Shown here piece by piece: positions 13,059 through 26,799 of a DNA stretch of 64,000 nt. The notes under the pieces are model-generated. The model was given only the letters and a program-made list of their open reading frames with translations, made no database searches and was not told the DNA's origin. Position numbers and translations under genes: made by a program. Origin of the DNA: Octopus vulgaris (taxonomy: Eukaryota); NCBI GenBank assembly GCA_951406725.2, contig OX597815.1, positions 98,084,001 to 98,148,000 of the forward strand, in the 5' to 3' direction. How positions within the stretch are numbered: position 1 is the stretch's first letter; every line of letters starts with the position of its first letter.

Positions 13059-14107
13059 CATATTATATATATATATATATGCATATATATATGCATATAT
13101 ATATACATATATATAAGCATATATATGCGTATATATGCATATATATATAAATATATATCAGAATATATATGTATATATATATATATGTGTGTATATATAT
13201 ATCATATATATCTATACATACATGCATATATGCATGCATACATACATACATTATTTGTATAGGTTCATGTATGTATACATATAAACATACAGTGAAATCC
13301 ATCAATACATACTCGTCCCTGTCCGTAGCACACACATGTTCGTCCTGTGTGCCTCTTAAGACTCTCTATAACAAATTTTTTGACAGTTCGCAAATTAGAC
13401 AGGAATTCATCCTGTCAAAATTTTGTTGCGCTCCAAGTGAAGTTTCATAAACTACGTTTTGTTCGGCCGATAAGTTTAGACAACACCGTGTCTTGATGAG
13501 TGGGAAATAAAGGGAAGAATAAGAAAAACCAGGGACAAGAACCCCTATTACTGTTGGCGATATTTGTATGCAAATCTAGTGGAAAAGTGGATGGGCGTTG
13601 CACGATAAAAAGGCCAAAGAAGAGAAGATAGCAAAGAAGAAGGAGAAGGGGGAAAAGTAAAGAAAAATAAAAAGGGAAAACTGTGTTTCGTTGAAGTAGC
13701 ACTTGAGAATGTCTGTTTGTGTTGTTGTTGCTGTTGTTTGCTGTGTTTTCATACACGTGTGAGGTGGGTGTCCCGCTTTATGTGTGTGTATATGCCTATG
13801 TGCGTGTATGAAGAATCTGTGCGTGTCTCTCTTCATGTAGATGCGCGCTCGCATGATTATATGTGTGTGTATGTATTTGTATGTATGTATGTTGGTTTAC
13901 ATATACTTGTAGAATTATATATGCGCACACACATACATATACGCATATGTTTGTGTACATTACATATAGATGTATATGTATAATCATTTGCCCACAAACA
14001 CACAAATACACACTTCTAGCTATAGGTGCACGAGTATAGATATTGTGTGTGTGTATGTGCATATATTTACCTATGCATTTATAGATGAATACGAATGAAA
14101 GTAGGTG

Positions 14108-14138
<31 letters not shown>

Positions 14139-14333
14139 CTATGTATTTATGTATTTATGTATCTATGTATTTATGTATGTATGTATGTATGTATGTATAT
14201 TTTATCATGCGCGCATTTACGTGTATGTGTTCATAAGGTGGACAGATGTGGAGAAATACCGTTTACCTTCTTTTGTCTAGACTGTTAGCTTTGACAGGCC
14301 GAAGGAAGAGGTAGGTGAATAGGGAAAAGAAAG

Positions 14334-14369
<36 letters not shown>

Positions 14370-15296
14370 AACAGAGTGTGTGTTGCGAAAAGGTGAAAAA
14401 GAGATGAAGAGTGATGTAGAAGAAGGAGGAAGTGGCGAAGGGGTAAAAACAGCATAAGAAGTAGTATATGGCAAGGAATATTTCCTCAGAACAATTTAAT
14501 AAGCAACACCAGCAACAGCAGAAAACGTGAAATGGAAAAGTGGGAGAAGAAAAAATGAGGGGAAGGAGGAGGAAAGGAAAGAGGAGAAAATACAGTTATG
14601 GTGGTGGCGGGGGGGTGATGGTGATGATAATCATCATCATCATCATCATCATCATCATGGCAACGACGACGATGATGATGTTTTTGGAGCAGAAACAATG
14701 AAAATAACGCAACAACTCAGACGACTACCACCACCAACACCCAACACCACTAACAAAGCCATTGACAGCAGCAGCCACAATCACCCCGACGAAAACGACA
14801 AAGGTGACCACCACCACCACCACCACCACCACCACAACAACAACAACAACAAATATAGAAATGATCAGAAGAAAGTGCTACAAGGGCGTAGTAACAAATG
14901 TTTTTTTTTTTAAACAAGTTGGATGCAACTATTCTATTTACTGTGTTTACCAACAACCATTGGACTTGGTTTAAGACATTAAAAAATATTTTTTTCTTCT
15001 TTTCGAGTGGCTGCCATTTTGTTTTGTAGCAAATCTACTTCATCATTTTGTGTCATTCTCTATCTTTAGATAAACATTCTATTGACTATTGATAATGTCA
15101 TGAAGAATCCTTTTACTAGCGTTCGAATATCTAGAACCGTCCTACTCTATAGAAAATGTGAAGCGTAATGTTAATTCTTCGAAGTCTTTTCTCTTTAGGT
15201 CATTACCGCCTCCATTGTGTGTTATATACAAACAACGTAACTCACACATACAATCTGTAGGTATATGTATGTATTTATGCGTATGCATATGCACAC

Positions 15297-15332
<36 letters not shown>

Positions 15333-15491
15333 ACAGCTAGATAGCTAGATAGATAGATCGATAGAGGAGAGTGAGAAAGAGAGAGAGAGAGAGAGGATGA
15401 AAGAGAAAGAAAGAAGTAAACAAACAAACAGAGAGAAAGAAAGAAAGAGAGAGAGAGAGAGAAACAGGTCGACAGACTGATAGACAGTTAA

Positions 15492-15556
<65 letters not shown>

Positions 15557-15752
15557 CATGCATACAATCACACATACGGAAGCATACATGACATATAATT
15601 TTTATAAAATATGTATTTCATTTTAATATGTACACCTTGATTATATTTGAGCGTGCATGTGCATGCGCGCGCGCGTGTGCTATATTTGTGCTGTTTCAAA
15701 AACAGATATATGCAGACAACACAATACTATTTATATTTTTGTGTTCTCCCGT

Positions 15753-15955
<203 letters not shown>

Positions 15956-16576
15956 GTCCCTCTGTGTTTCTTTCTGCCTACCCGTCTGTTCATTCGCTCG
16001 TCTATGTCCCTATTCTTTACCCCATCTGTCTACATCCCTGTATCTCTGCCTGCTTGCCTGTCTGTCTATCTATTTATCCGTCTCCTTCATCAAACCATGT
16101 CATCTGTTGTTTTCTAATGTAAGCCTAATTAGATGCAGTATGACCAATTGTGACAGAATCTCCTTTGTTAAAACGTCCGTAATGCTGTCAAATTGAGGAG
16201 TGTTTACTTTTTATTTGTATGCGTGAGTGTATGTGGGAGTGTGTACCCTTCTTTCTTTGAGGCCACTTCGCAAATTCCAATAGCGAAACCGTATAATCAA
16301 CGCTTCACTCTGCCACATCTAACACATCTTCATCAACAATTCAAGTGTTTACTTTCCACAGTTATCTTTCCACGATGTTTTACAAGCACAGATTCATTGC
16401 TGTATTTTATACACAATTTCTTGTTAGGTTTATTATAACGAGCCAACAAAGGAGATTTCCATGTGATCAATCGATCTGCTAGAAATGACAGTCATATCTC
16501 CCTCAAATCAGATTCAATTGTATTAAGAAATCAAAGAAGAACATAAAGGATAATTTGACCATAGATTCACTGCACT

Positions 16577-16642
<66 letters not shown>

Positions 16643-16792
16643 GTATATATAAGTATGTATGTATGTATGTATGTATGTATGTATGTATGTATGTATGTAT
16701 GTATGTATGTATGTATGTATGTATGAATGTATGCGGGTATGTATGTATATATATAAAGCAACAAGACTGAATGAACACGCTTTATTTACAAA

Positions 16793-16932
16793 ACACAACA
16801 ATTGTTTCAGTGCAATGGTACAGCTGTTAGTTGTTGAGTTTTCCATATCATACTATTATATAGATTATTATATAAGTAATTACATAAATAAATATGATCC
16901 AGAAGCTGTGTACCAGCCACGTCATCAGGTGC
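16793..16932 (-). ncRNA. Candidate type I hammerhead ribozyme with long stem II
   Basis: Minus strand reads gcac CTGATGA [113 nt containing tggt..acagct/agctgt.acca pairing] GAAAC aatt GTT gtgt: canonical core, 4-bp stem I, palindromic stem III loop. Confidence 0.5.
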
Positions 16933-16952
16933 GTGGCATTGATTGCACTGCT

Positions 16953-17038
<86 letters not shown>

Positions 17039-17073
17039 TAGATAAATAGATAGATAGATAGATAGATAGATAT

Positions 17074-17136
<63 letters not shown>

Positions 17137-17854
17137 TGTAGTGGCTTTCAGATCGGAAAGAAGGGATAAATTTCCCTCTGCGATTCATCCACTAATGCAG
17201 TATCGCCTGATAAAATGAATCAATGATGATGATTAACCGCATGCCCACTGAAATAAGAGCTATACTGTACTAATACCAAGGATATCGACTCTCGTGTCAA
17301 AATCACGTGATTTGTGCAAACGTTCGTCGCGATGAATTAAATATTTATAAATTCCATCCAAGAATTATTGTTATTATTATATCTATCCTACATTATATCG
17401 GTATTACCATGTTGCAAACTCGAAAATCTGACTTATTAGTCAGCATTAGACGATAGCCGGCACAATGAACTAGGAACTTTATTTGCATACGCTAATGTTA
17501 GCTTGAACGAATTTTAAAAGTACACACACACACACACACATACATACACACACATATGTATATATATTTGTACTTAGGGTAAATGTGTCTCTTTGTTGTA
17601 GCTTAATAAATAACGTTAGTGTTTAATCCTTTCTAGAATTAAGATTGAATGAATGTAGTGATGTCTAATGTATGTTTGTTCCTAATCAACACTTATTTTA
17701 GTGCTGTTGACACCGCGATAGCGCCGGATTGAATGGTTCTGCTCAGGTGTCGAAACCATAGTGATATCCTTAGGGCAGCTGATGATGGAGTTATGTTGGA
17801 TTGTGAGTACGGCTATTATTGCCATGTGCGGAATAGTTTTATAACACATCAATT

Positions 17855-17904
<50 letters not shown>

Positions 17905-17905
<1 letters not shown>

Positions 17906-18086
17906 GTGAGAATTTACAAAAGAAAAAAAACACAAACGAAGACGGGTGTGTAAACAACAAACATATGTGTTAGTTTAACGCTCGGCAAGTGAGAAAGTCT
18001 TTTACATTTCAAGCCTACGCTCTTCGACAGAAAGGAACACAGAAATAAACAGGGAGAGAAAATAGAAAAAGGTTTCGTGGTTAGCG
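17905..18086 (-). mobile_element. Penelope-like terminal repeat fragment with hammerhead-like motif (copy 1)
   Basis: Homologous to 38293-38472 and 41025-41205; motif at 17999-18034; 3' end abuts (TA)n. Confidence 0.6.
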
Positions 18087-18777
18087 AAATTACGGGCAGG
18101 GAATCACATAAAAATAAAATCAAGAAATTTATAAATTAAGAGCAGGAAAATTACCTCAAAATTCATCAAAATAATATACGTCCAAAATAATATTGTATTA
18201 ATAGATAAATGTATAAATATGTAAAGTATGATTATTTAAAAAGTTTAAAAGTTTAAATTTTTAAACTTTTTAAAAAATATCACTATGGTTTCGACATCAT
18301 TAATGTATTACATATTTCCCTACCAAGAGCACTTATTAGACATTCGGTATATTATATTCTCATTGAATATATTTGATTAAAGATATATATGTATGTGTGT
18401 GTGTATGTATGTATGTATGTATGTTTGTATGTATGTATGTACGTATGGATGGATGGATGGATGGATGGATGGATGGATAAATGGATTGATGGATGGATGG
18501 GTGGATGGATGGATGGATGTAAGTACGATAGGGTAGAGTCACGGCTGGAAAATTATTATAGCACAGGTTTGTTAATGGTGATGTGTTCGTGACTGATGAA
18601 ACAATATTCTTGTTACAACATTCTTTTGATTACTCTGTTGTAGTTTATCCCAGCACCATCCATAATCAAACTGATTATATATGACCTAGGGCTAAATAAG
18701 AAGAACAACTCCCACAAAACAATCACAACAAAGTAACAAAAATACTTTTTGGTAAGTCACAAACACATCTTAAAGGA

Positions 18778-19095
18778 GCACTCAGTAGGTTACGACGACG
18801 ACGAGGGTCCCAGTTGATACGATCAATGGAACAGCCTGCTCGTGAAATTAACGTGCAACTGGCTGAGCAATCCACAGATACGTGTACCCCTAACGTAGTT
18901 CTCTGGGAGATTCAGCAAGACACAAGGTGTGATAAGGCTGGCCCTTTGAAATACAGGTACAATTCATTTTTGCCAGCTGAGTGATCTGGAGCAACGTGAT
19001 ATAAAGTGTCTTGATCAAGGACACAACACGTCCAGGAATTGAAATCACGACCTTACAATCGTGAGTCGAATGCCCTAACCACTAAGCCACGCGAA
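18778..19095 (-). mobile_element. tRNA-derived SINE, family C (body type 1)
   Basis: Minus-strand head CGCGTGGCTTAGTGGTTAGG (box A), GATTTCAATTCC (box B-like), CORE-like ccttgatcaagacac. Body fragments recur at ~11650-11700, 33395-33516 and 59330-59412. Confidence 0.8.
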
Positions 19096-19682
19096 TTCAC
19101 ACAAACATCACTATTGATCTGTCATGTCCTGTGAAAATACACGAAAAGTATAAGAGTAACAGGATTTCTAGTATGGATAGAAGGACTTCAGTATTTTGTG
19201 GGTAGGGAGTATAGTCAACTCAGTCAACAAACTACAGAAAGGAAAATTCATCGCCATTCTCACTCACTGGACTATCACCCCAGAAAAGTTAAAGTACAGT
19301 GTCGGATATAAAATAGATTTGACGTCGAAATATAGAAGACATAATTACTGCGTCTATCACACTATACATCCACTTACAATGAGTCGAAGAGGGAAACTCT
19401 ATGTGGCTGCTTCATCTGTTAGAAATAACAGCCAAAATCTCTTCTCTCTCTCTTTCTCTCTCAGATCAAATTCTACTGTCATAGATAAAAGGGAAAACAT
19501 TCAATAATATAGTCATGATTTTAAGGCAATAAACTTCGTGTAAGTATATTTATATATACAATTGAATCACAGTCAAATTTTTATTCTTCTCACTATCTGT
19601 CATGCTCTATCCAAGAGCTCACAAATCACACTGTCTCTTATACCAACCGTCTCTCAGAAGGGTCGAATTGAAAGTAACTTTA

Positions 19683-20473
19683 AGGCGGCGAGCTGGCAGA
19701 AACGATAGCACGCCGGGCGAAATGCTTAGCGGTATTTCGTTTGCAGTTACGTTCTGAGTTCAAATTCCGCCGAGGTCGACTTTGCCTTTTATCCCTTCGG
19801 GGTCGATAAATTAAGTACCAGTTACGCACTGGGGTCGATGTAATCGACTTAATACCTATGTCTGTCCTTGTTTGTCCCCTTTGTGTTTAGCTTCTTGTGG
19901 GTCATAAAGAAATAAGTATTTCGTTTGGAGTTACGTTCTGAGTTCAAATTCCACCGAGGTCCTCTTTGCCTTTCATCCTTTCGGGGTCGATTAAATAAGT
20001 ACCAGTTACGCACTGGGGTCGATATAATCGACTTGATCTGTTTGTCTGTACATGTCCCCTATGTATGTAGCCCCTTGTGGGTAGTAAATAAATAATTATT
20101 TTGTCTGTCGCTACGTTCTGAGTTCAAATTCCGCCGAGGTCGACTTTGCCTTTCATCCTTTCAGGGTCGATAAATTAAGTACGAGTTACGCACTGGGGTC
20201 GATGTAATCGACTTAATTCCTTTGTCCTTGTTTGTCCCCTCTATGTTTAGCCCCTTGTGGGCAATAAAGAAATAAGAAACGTCAGCACGCCGGGCGAAAT
20301 GCTTATCGGTATTTCGTCTGTCTATATGTTCTGAGTTCAAATTCCGCCGAGTTCGACTTTGTCTTTTATCCTTTCGAGGTCGATAAATTAAGTACCATCT
20401 GCGTACTGGTGTCGCTCAAATCGACTGGCCCCCTCACCCAAAATTTCGGACCTTTTGCCTAGATTAGAAAAGA
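19683..20473 (+). mobile_element. SINE family A multimer (four body modules)
   Basis: One full head, then the module gttctgagttcaaattccgccgaggtcgactttgcc...ggggtcgat repeated four times at ~180-210-bp spacing. Degenerate TSD at 19665-19680 and 20472-20487. Confidence 0.9.
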
Positions 20474-20626
20474 AATGAAAATAACATATTCTTCACCAAC
20501 CACCCCCACTGAAATAATAAAACAAAGTATCTCTTATCTAACATCTCTTATACTAACTCGGAAGCAATGAAAAACATAACCGAAGCTCGCAAGTGAATAT
20601 AAACGTGACATTATGTATCTTTCTTA

Positions 20627-21025
20627 AGGCGGCGAGCTGGCAGAAACGTTAGCACGCCGGGCGAAATGCGTAGCCGTATTTCGTCTGCCGTTACGTTCTG
20701 AGTTCAAATTCCGCCGAGGTTTACTTTGCCTTTCATCCTTTCGGGGTCGATAAATTAAGTACCAGTTACACATTGGGGTCGATGCAATCGACTTAATCCG
20801 TTTGTCTGTCCTTGTTTGTCTCCTCTGTGTTTAGCCCTTTGTGGGTAGTAAAGAAATAGGTATTTCGTCTGTCTTTAAGTTCTGAGTTCAAATTCCGCCG
20901 AGGTCGACTTTGCCTTTCATCCTTTCGGGGTCGATTAATTAAGAATTAGTTACGTACTGGGGTCGATATAATCGACTAGCCCTCTCCCAAAATTTCGAGC
21001 CTTTTGTTTAGAGTAGCACAAAGAA
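20627..21025 (+). mobile_element. SINE family A dimer with 13-bp TSD
   Basis: Head plus two body modules. TSD atgtatctttctt at 20613-20625 and 21029-21041. Confidence 0.9.
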
Positions 21026-21542
21026 TGGATGTATCTTTCTTTCGCTAATTCTCTTAGGTGTCTATTTAATTATACTCAGTCCCTCTTATTCTTGACCAAG
21101 CGGAATATCTGGAAAATTGCTGCGAAAGGAAGAGAGGGTTGCACTAGAGCCTGGCTGGTTCAGTACTTATTTGTGTCAACCAAGAAACAAACAAATACCG
21201 AGTAGTAAATCGTCAACCTACTCTCACCGATATCATCATTGCCGCCAACATCATTATGGAATATTGTTTTGTAATAGTGGTACAGGACCTCAAGCACCGA
21301 ACATAATTATCAGTACCTGGCTTGTACTGAAGTCGATTTAATCGAATATTGAGGAATAACAGCTAAAAATCAACGTTATACGGATTCGAAATAAATAAAT
21401 AAATAAATAATATTTTTAAAAATCATAAGGCCTGTTCGATAATTTAATGAGAATCCTAGTCATTTTTCAGTTCATGAACCCCGGCAGAGTAAATAAAATA
21501 ATTTTGATGCATTTTGCATGGAATTTACACAGAATTAGAATG

Positions 21543-21584
<42 letters not shown>

Positions 21585-21837
21585 ACTTATGTATTGCTTA
21601 TCTGTTTTATTAATCATATTTCCACATAAAAATAATTATGAATAATACCTTTTTTATAAAACGCTCAGCTTTTATAGATTTTCTAAACCACAAATTATTT
21701 AAACGAAAAAAAAAAAAAATAATAAAAAAGAGAAAAGACACTACGGGCTGCCATCGATTAGAAGTATCGTTTTTATAGCTGCGAATCCAGGCTCTATCAT
21801 GCTTTATTTTGATTTTCAATACTAGTAAAGGATCAAA

Positions 21838-22240
21838 AGGTGTGAGATAGTGGAATCGTCAGCGCGTCAGTCAAAATGCTTAAAATCCATTGCTACGACT
21901 CCTTATGTTTTAAGTCAAGTATCACCGAGGTCGTCTTTGCTTTTCATTCTTTCGGAGTCGATAAAATAAGTAACAATCAAGACTGGGGTCGATGAATTTT
22001 AGGTCTTGTGCTTTTAGTAGAAAGGAACACTTGTAAAGGACCAAAGGTGGTAACCTAGCAGAATCGTTAGAGCTACGGACAACATTTCTCTTGACTCTTT
22101 ACGCTTTGAGTTCAACTATCGCTGCGGTTAACTTTGCTTTTCAGCTTTTCGGTAGCAATATAATAAAGTACCATTCAAGTACAGGGGTCAATGTAACCAA
22201 CTTACCCTTTCCCCCTAGACAGTTGGCCTTGTTACAAAAT
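21838..22240 (+). mobile_element. Two diverged family A SINE copies in tandem
   Basis: ccgaggtcgtctttgcttttcattctttcggagtcgataaaataagta and ttgagttcaactatcgctgcggttaactttgcttttca match the family A body. Confidence 0.7.
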
Positions 22241-22354
22241 ACGAATTTAAGTAAGTGAGCAGAGTTATTTAGTCGTAATTGATTAGGTGAATCATTAAAA
22301 TATTGAACAATATTGAAGTTCATCATAGCCAAACTTGTTTTGGGCTGGTAATAC

Positions 22355-22577
22355 CTATTTCTTTACTACCCACAAGGGGCTAAACACAGAGTGGACAAAC
22401 AAACGGATTAAGTCGATTATATCGATCCCAGTGCGTAACTGGTACTTAATTTATCGACCCTGAAAGGATGAAAGGCAAAGTCGACCTCGGCGGAATTTGA
22501 ACTCAGAACGTAGCGGCAGACGAAATACCGCAAAGCATTTCGTCCGGCGTGTTAACGTTTCAGCCAGCTCGCCGCCT
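22355..22577 (-). mobile_element. SINE family A monomer with TSD
   Basis: TSD ggctggtaatac at 22343-22354 and 22582-22593. Confidence 0.9.
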
Positions 22578-23984
22578 TTTAGGCTGGTAATACTAGAATG
22601 CTGTTAACTATCACATCGCAAACCATTAACCATAACACTTAAACGGCAAACCTTGTAATATCACAGGTAGATAAACATCCACCTGTGAGTGTGTTTGTTA
22701 AACGCTGTTAAACAAATGAGTGTGTTTGGTTCAACAGCGACTGATGAGGTGGTCGACACAATCTTCACAGAAGTATTGGGATTACCGCTAGATAATAATA
22801 TGCGGTAAATATTCTGCATTTTCAAGTCCGTGCTTACCGTTTATTTATTTCTTATAGAAAGTGCTTTGGCAACGACTGCTTGTCGAGTCGTTTTGCACTC
22901 CCAGTAATAAAATATTTCGTTGAGATCTATGAAAATTGTACTGCCAAACTTCATGTGCACACAATCTTTCCGTCTGTCTGTCTGTCTCTCGCTCTCTCTT
23001 TCTCTCTCTCTCATATACATCTAGATTATCCACACTCTCTTTCTCTGTGTTTTCCTCTCTCTTTCTCTATCACTCTCTCTGTCTCTTTCTCAGTCACTTT
23101 CTCTCTTTCTGTCTCCATCGCTCTCTTTCTCTCTCTCACTCACTCATACACACACACACACACACACATTTGGGAGAGAAAGCTGGTGGTGTAGTGGCTT
23201 ATAGTGACATTAGTGTGTCACTGAAACCTATTTTACTAATCCTCGGAAGAACATAGGGCAGAATATACCTCAACAGGATTCGAAATCAAAACGTTAGGAG
23301 GTGGAACAAATTAAATTTTGTCTTGCACTTCACCATATTCTAACAACAAAATGAGAAAAACCTCAAAAACTATTGAATCAATCAGTCAGAAAAAAAAAGA
23401 GACGTAAAGGGTGAAACATACCTCGACCAATATGGTTCCCAATACATTGTAGCATATGGAAATGTGAGGTCTAGTGGTTAGGTTCAATTCCTGAAAGGTG
23501 CGTCGCGTTGCGCATTTGAGTAGGATACATTATTACACGTTAACCCTGTAATGTATACCAGATGAGATATGATGCAACCCTCTCGCTCTCTAGCCTTTGA
23601 ATCCTCAATGTTCCTCAGGATCAATGAATGATGGTGGCCGTGGTAGGGAGTGAGACGCTCCCTTCAAAGAGATGGATGCTGTAAGACACGGCATTACGCG
23701 AGAGCTCTTAGATACAATATGATGGGTCGTGGGTGGAAAGAAAGGTTGACTGTGTTTCAGTTACACATATATAAGTATACTTACAGAAAACAACTGAAGG
23801 AACGCTGGAACATGTTATTTAACTAAACTCAGCTGTGAGTGATACCTGTCTGTATTTTGTACCCTGTAGTATATTTACCTTTGAAATGAGTGATTGCGCA
23901 TGCGCACACTTTTCGTTTACACAAAATAAAAAAGAACTAAAATAAAATAATTGCTTCAAGTATTTGTAATAATTATACAGTCCT

Positions 23985-24425
23985 GGTGATGTGGTCGAGA
24001 AGTTTACATAGCAAAGACATGTTTTCGGGTTTAGTCACACCGCGCGGCATCCTGGGCAAGTATCACCGAGCCGCCCAAAGCCTTATGAGTGGATTAAACT
24101 GACGGAAACTGAAGGAAGCTCGTCAGTTTATATATGTATTTATATGAATAATATATAGTCTATTGACTAAATTTTTACACGCTAGGCCACTGGTAATGGA
24201 AATTTCAGATATTTCTGATTACCCTTTGACATTATTTAATTATATATATATAGGCACGTGAGTGGCTGTGTGGTAAGTAGATTGCTTACCAACCAGATGG
24301 TTACAGGTTCAATTCCACTGCGTAGCACCTTGGACAAGAGTCTTCTACTAAAACTTCGGGCCGACCAAAGCCTTGTGAGTGGATTTAGTAGACGGAACCT
24401 GAAAGAAGCTCGTCGTATATATGTG

Positions 24426-24477
<52 letters not shown>

Positions 24478-24693
24478 TATGTATCCCAACATCGCTTGAC
24501 AAGCGGTGCTGGGGTTGCTCGACTAAAAGGCGGTGCTCCAGCATGACCGCAGTCTACCAAATCCACTCACAAGGCTTTGGTCGGACAGAGGCTATAGTAG
24601 AAGACACTTGCCCAAGGTGCCACGAAGTAGGATTGACCCCGCAATCATGTGCTTGGGAAGCAAACTTCTTACCATACAGCTAAGCCTGCACCT
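23985..24693. mobile_element. Cluster of family B SINEs (+ 23985-24125, + 24252-24552, - 24552-24693)
   Basis: Each segment aligns by eye to the 4560-4958 copy. Confidence 0.8.
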
Positions 24694-24862
24694 ATGATTA
24701 GAGGTTTATCGTTACTGATCATCTACCCTTTCTCCACCCACCACCCTCTCTCACATTCTCTTTCTTTCTCTCTCTTTCTAACTGTACCTCTCTTCCTCTC
24801 TCACTCTCTTTCTTTTCTTTTTCTCTCTCTCTCTCCATCTTTTTGTCTGTCCGTCTTCTTGC

Positions 24863-24916
<54 letters not shown>

Positions 24917-25413
24917 GTCTTTCTCTCTCTCTATGTCTATCTATCTTTCTCTCTCTCTTCCTCTCTCTCTCTCTTTCTCTCTCTCTTCCTCCCTCTCACC
25001 CTTTCTCTCTCTTCGTCTCGCCCCCCTCTCTCTCTCTTTATTTTTCTTCGCAGTGTGTAAAAACATCAAGGGCTACATCACCGAATGTGCTCACACATTA
25101 AGACAGTAAAATGTGGGTTAAAGGTGATTTAGCTGCTATTTCTAGCAGGTGAGGCTACCATTGACACGTATCTTCGTTGATAGCCTCATATACATAAAAC
25201 AAGCTGTGACAATACCTTTTCAAATTACGAGACAAAAGTGATGTCTAAAATGTAAGGAAATATGCGCTAAGTTATTCGTAAGTGAATTATTTCCAGCAGT
25301 CAACAGCAGAACATAAATGGTGTGGCTTCCTTGGATTGTCTCCCTTACACTGTTACTGCATATAATTGCTGTTCTTAACTCCCGATTTATACTTTTCTCT
25401 TAGCTATTAACGA

Positions 25414-25567
<154 letters not shown>

Positions 25568-25974
25568 ATATATCTATACATCTATATATATACATATAGG
25601 ATATATATAATGCTACCCAAATGCATTTATTAACTCTCATTACACTCCTAAAGCAGTGACTTCCAGCATTTTCTGTGTTTGTGTGTGTGAGTGTGTGAAA
25701 TTTTGAATTTAGTTCACGGTCCAATAGTACTACTTTGCGGACCACCAGGAGTCCGCGGAAAAACAGGTTGGGAATCACCGACCTTGATGGACACCATATG
25801 TGGTCGTTGAGCCTGCTAAAAATAGCAACCAAAATCTCCATCAAATAACTTTCGTTATATAATTTCATCTTTTATTTTTTACTTTGTTTCACTCCACTCA
25901 TTAGGTTGGGGCCATGCTAGGGCACCGCCTTGAAGAATTTGTAATCGATCGAATCGACCCAAGTGCTTCCTCTC

Positions 25975-26371
25975 TTTTTTCTTTTACTTGTTTCAGTTAT
26001 TTGATTGCGGCGATACTGGAGCACAGCCTCAAAGGGCTTTTATCCGAAGAAATCGATCCCGGGACTTATTCTTTGTAAGCCTAGTACCTATTCTATCGGT
26101 CTAATTTGTCGAACCGCTAGGTTACGGGGACAAAAAGAGACACCAACACCGGTTGTCAAACAGTAGTGGGACGCGCATCCACACACACACATAACCACAC
26201 ACACACACATACATAAATGGCTGCGGGGTAAGAAGCTTGCTTCCCAACCATATGGTCCCGAGTTCAGTCCTACTGCGCAAGTGTCTTTGGGCAAGTGTCT
26301 TTAACTATAGCCTCGGGCCGATTTAAGCCTTATGAGTGGATTTGGTTGGCGGAAACTAGATGAAGCCCATC

Positions 26372-26465
<94 letters not shown>

Positions 26466-26793
26466 TTGTGTGTGTGTTTGTTACCCCATCATCGCTTGAC
26501 AACCGATGTTGGTGTATTTATGTCCCCGTAACTTAGCGGTTCGGCAAAAGAGATTGATAGAATAAGTACTAGGCTTTCAAAGTGTTCTGGGGTTCATTCG
26601 TTCGACTAAAGGAGGTGCTACAGCATGGCTGCAGTCAAATGATTGAAACAAGTAAAACAGGCTTCGTTCAGTTTCGATCTACCAAATCCACTCAAAAGAC
26701 TATGGTCGGCCCGAGGTTATAGTAAAAGACATTTGCCCAAGATTCCACGCAATTAGACTAAACCAGGAAATATTTGGTTGGGAAGCAAACTTC
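25975..26793. mobile_element. Nested family B SINEs: + copy (26217-26660) inside a - copy
   Basis: The - tail half (25975-26200) and - head half (26661-26793) flank a complete + copy. Confidence 0.8.
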
Positions 26794-26799
26794 TTTTCT

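Noticed and set aside
19683-20473. Possible CRISPR-like or satellite array
   Set aside because: The units are SINE body modules with near-identical intervening sequence, not unique spacers; the context is eukaryotic with no cas genes.
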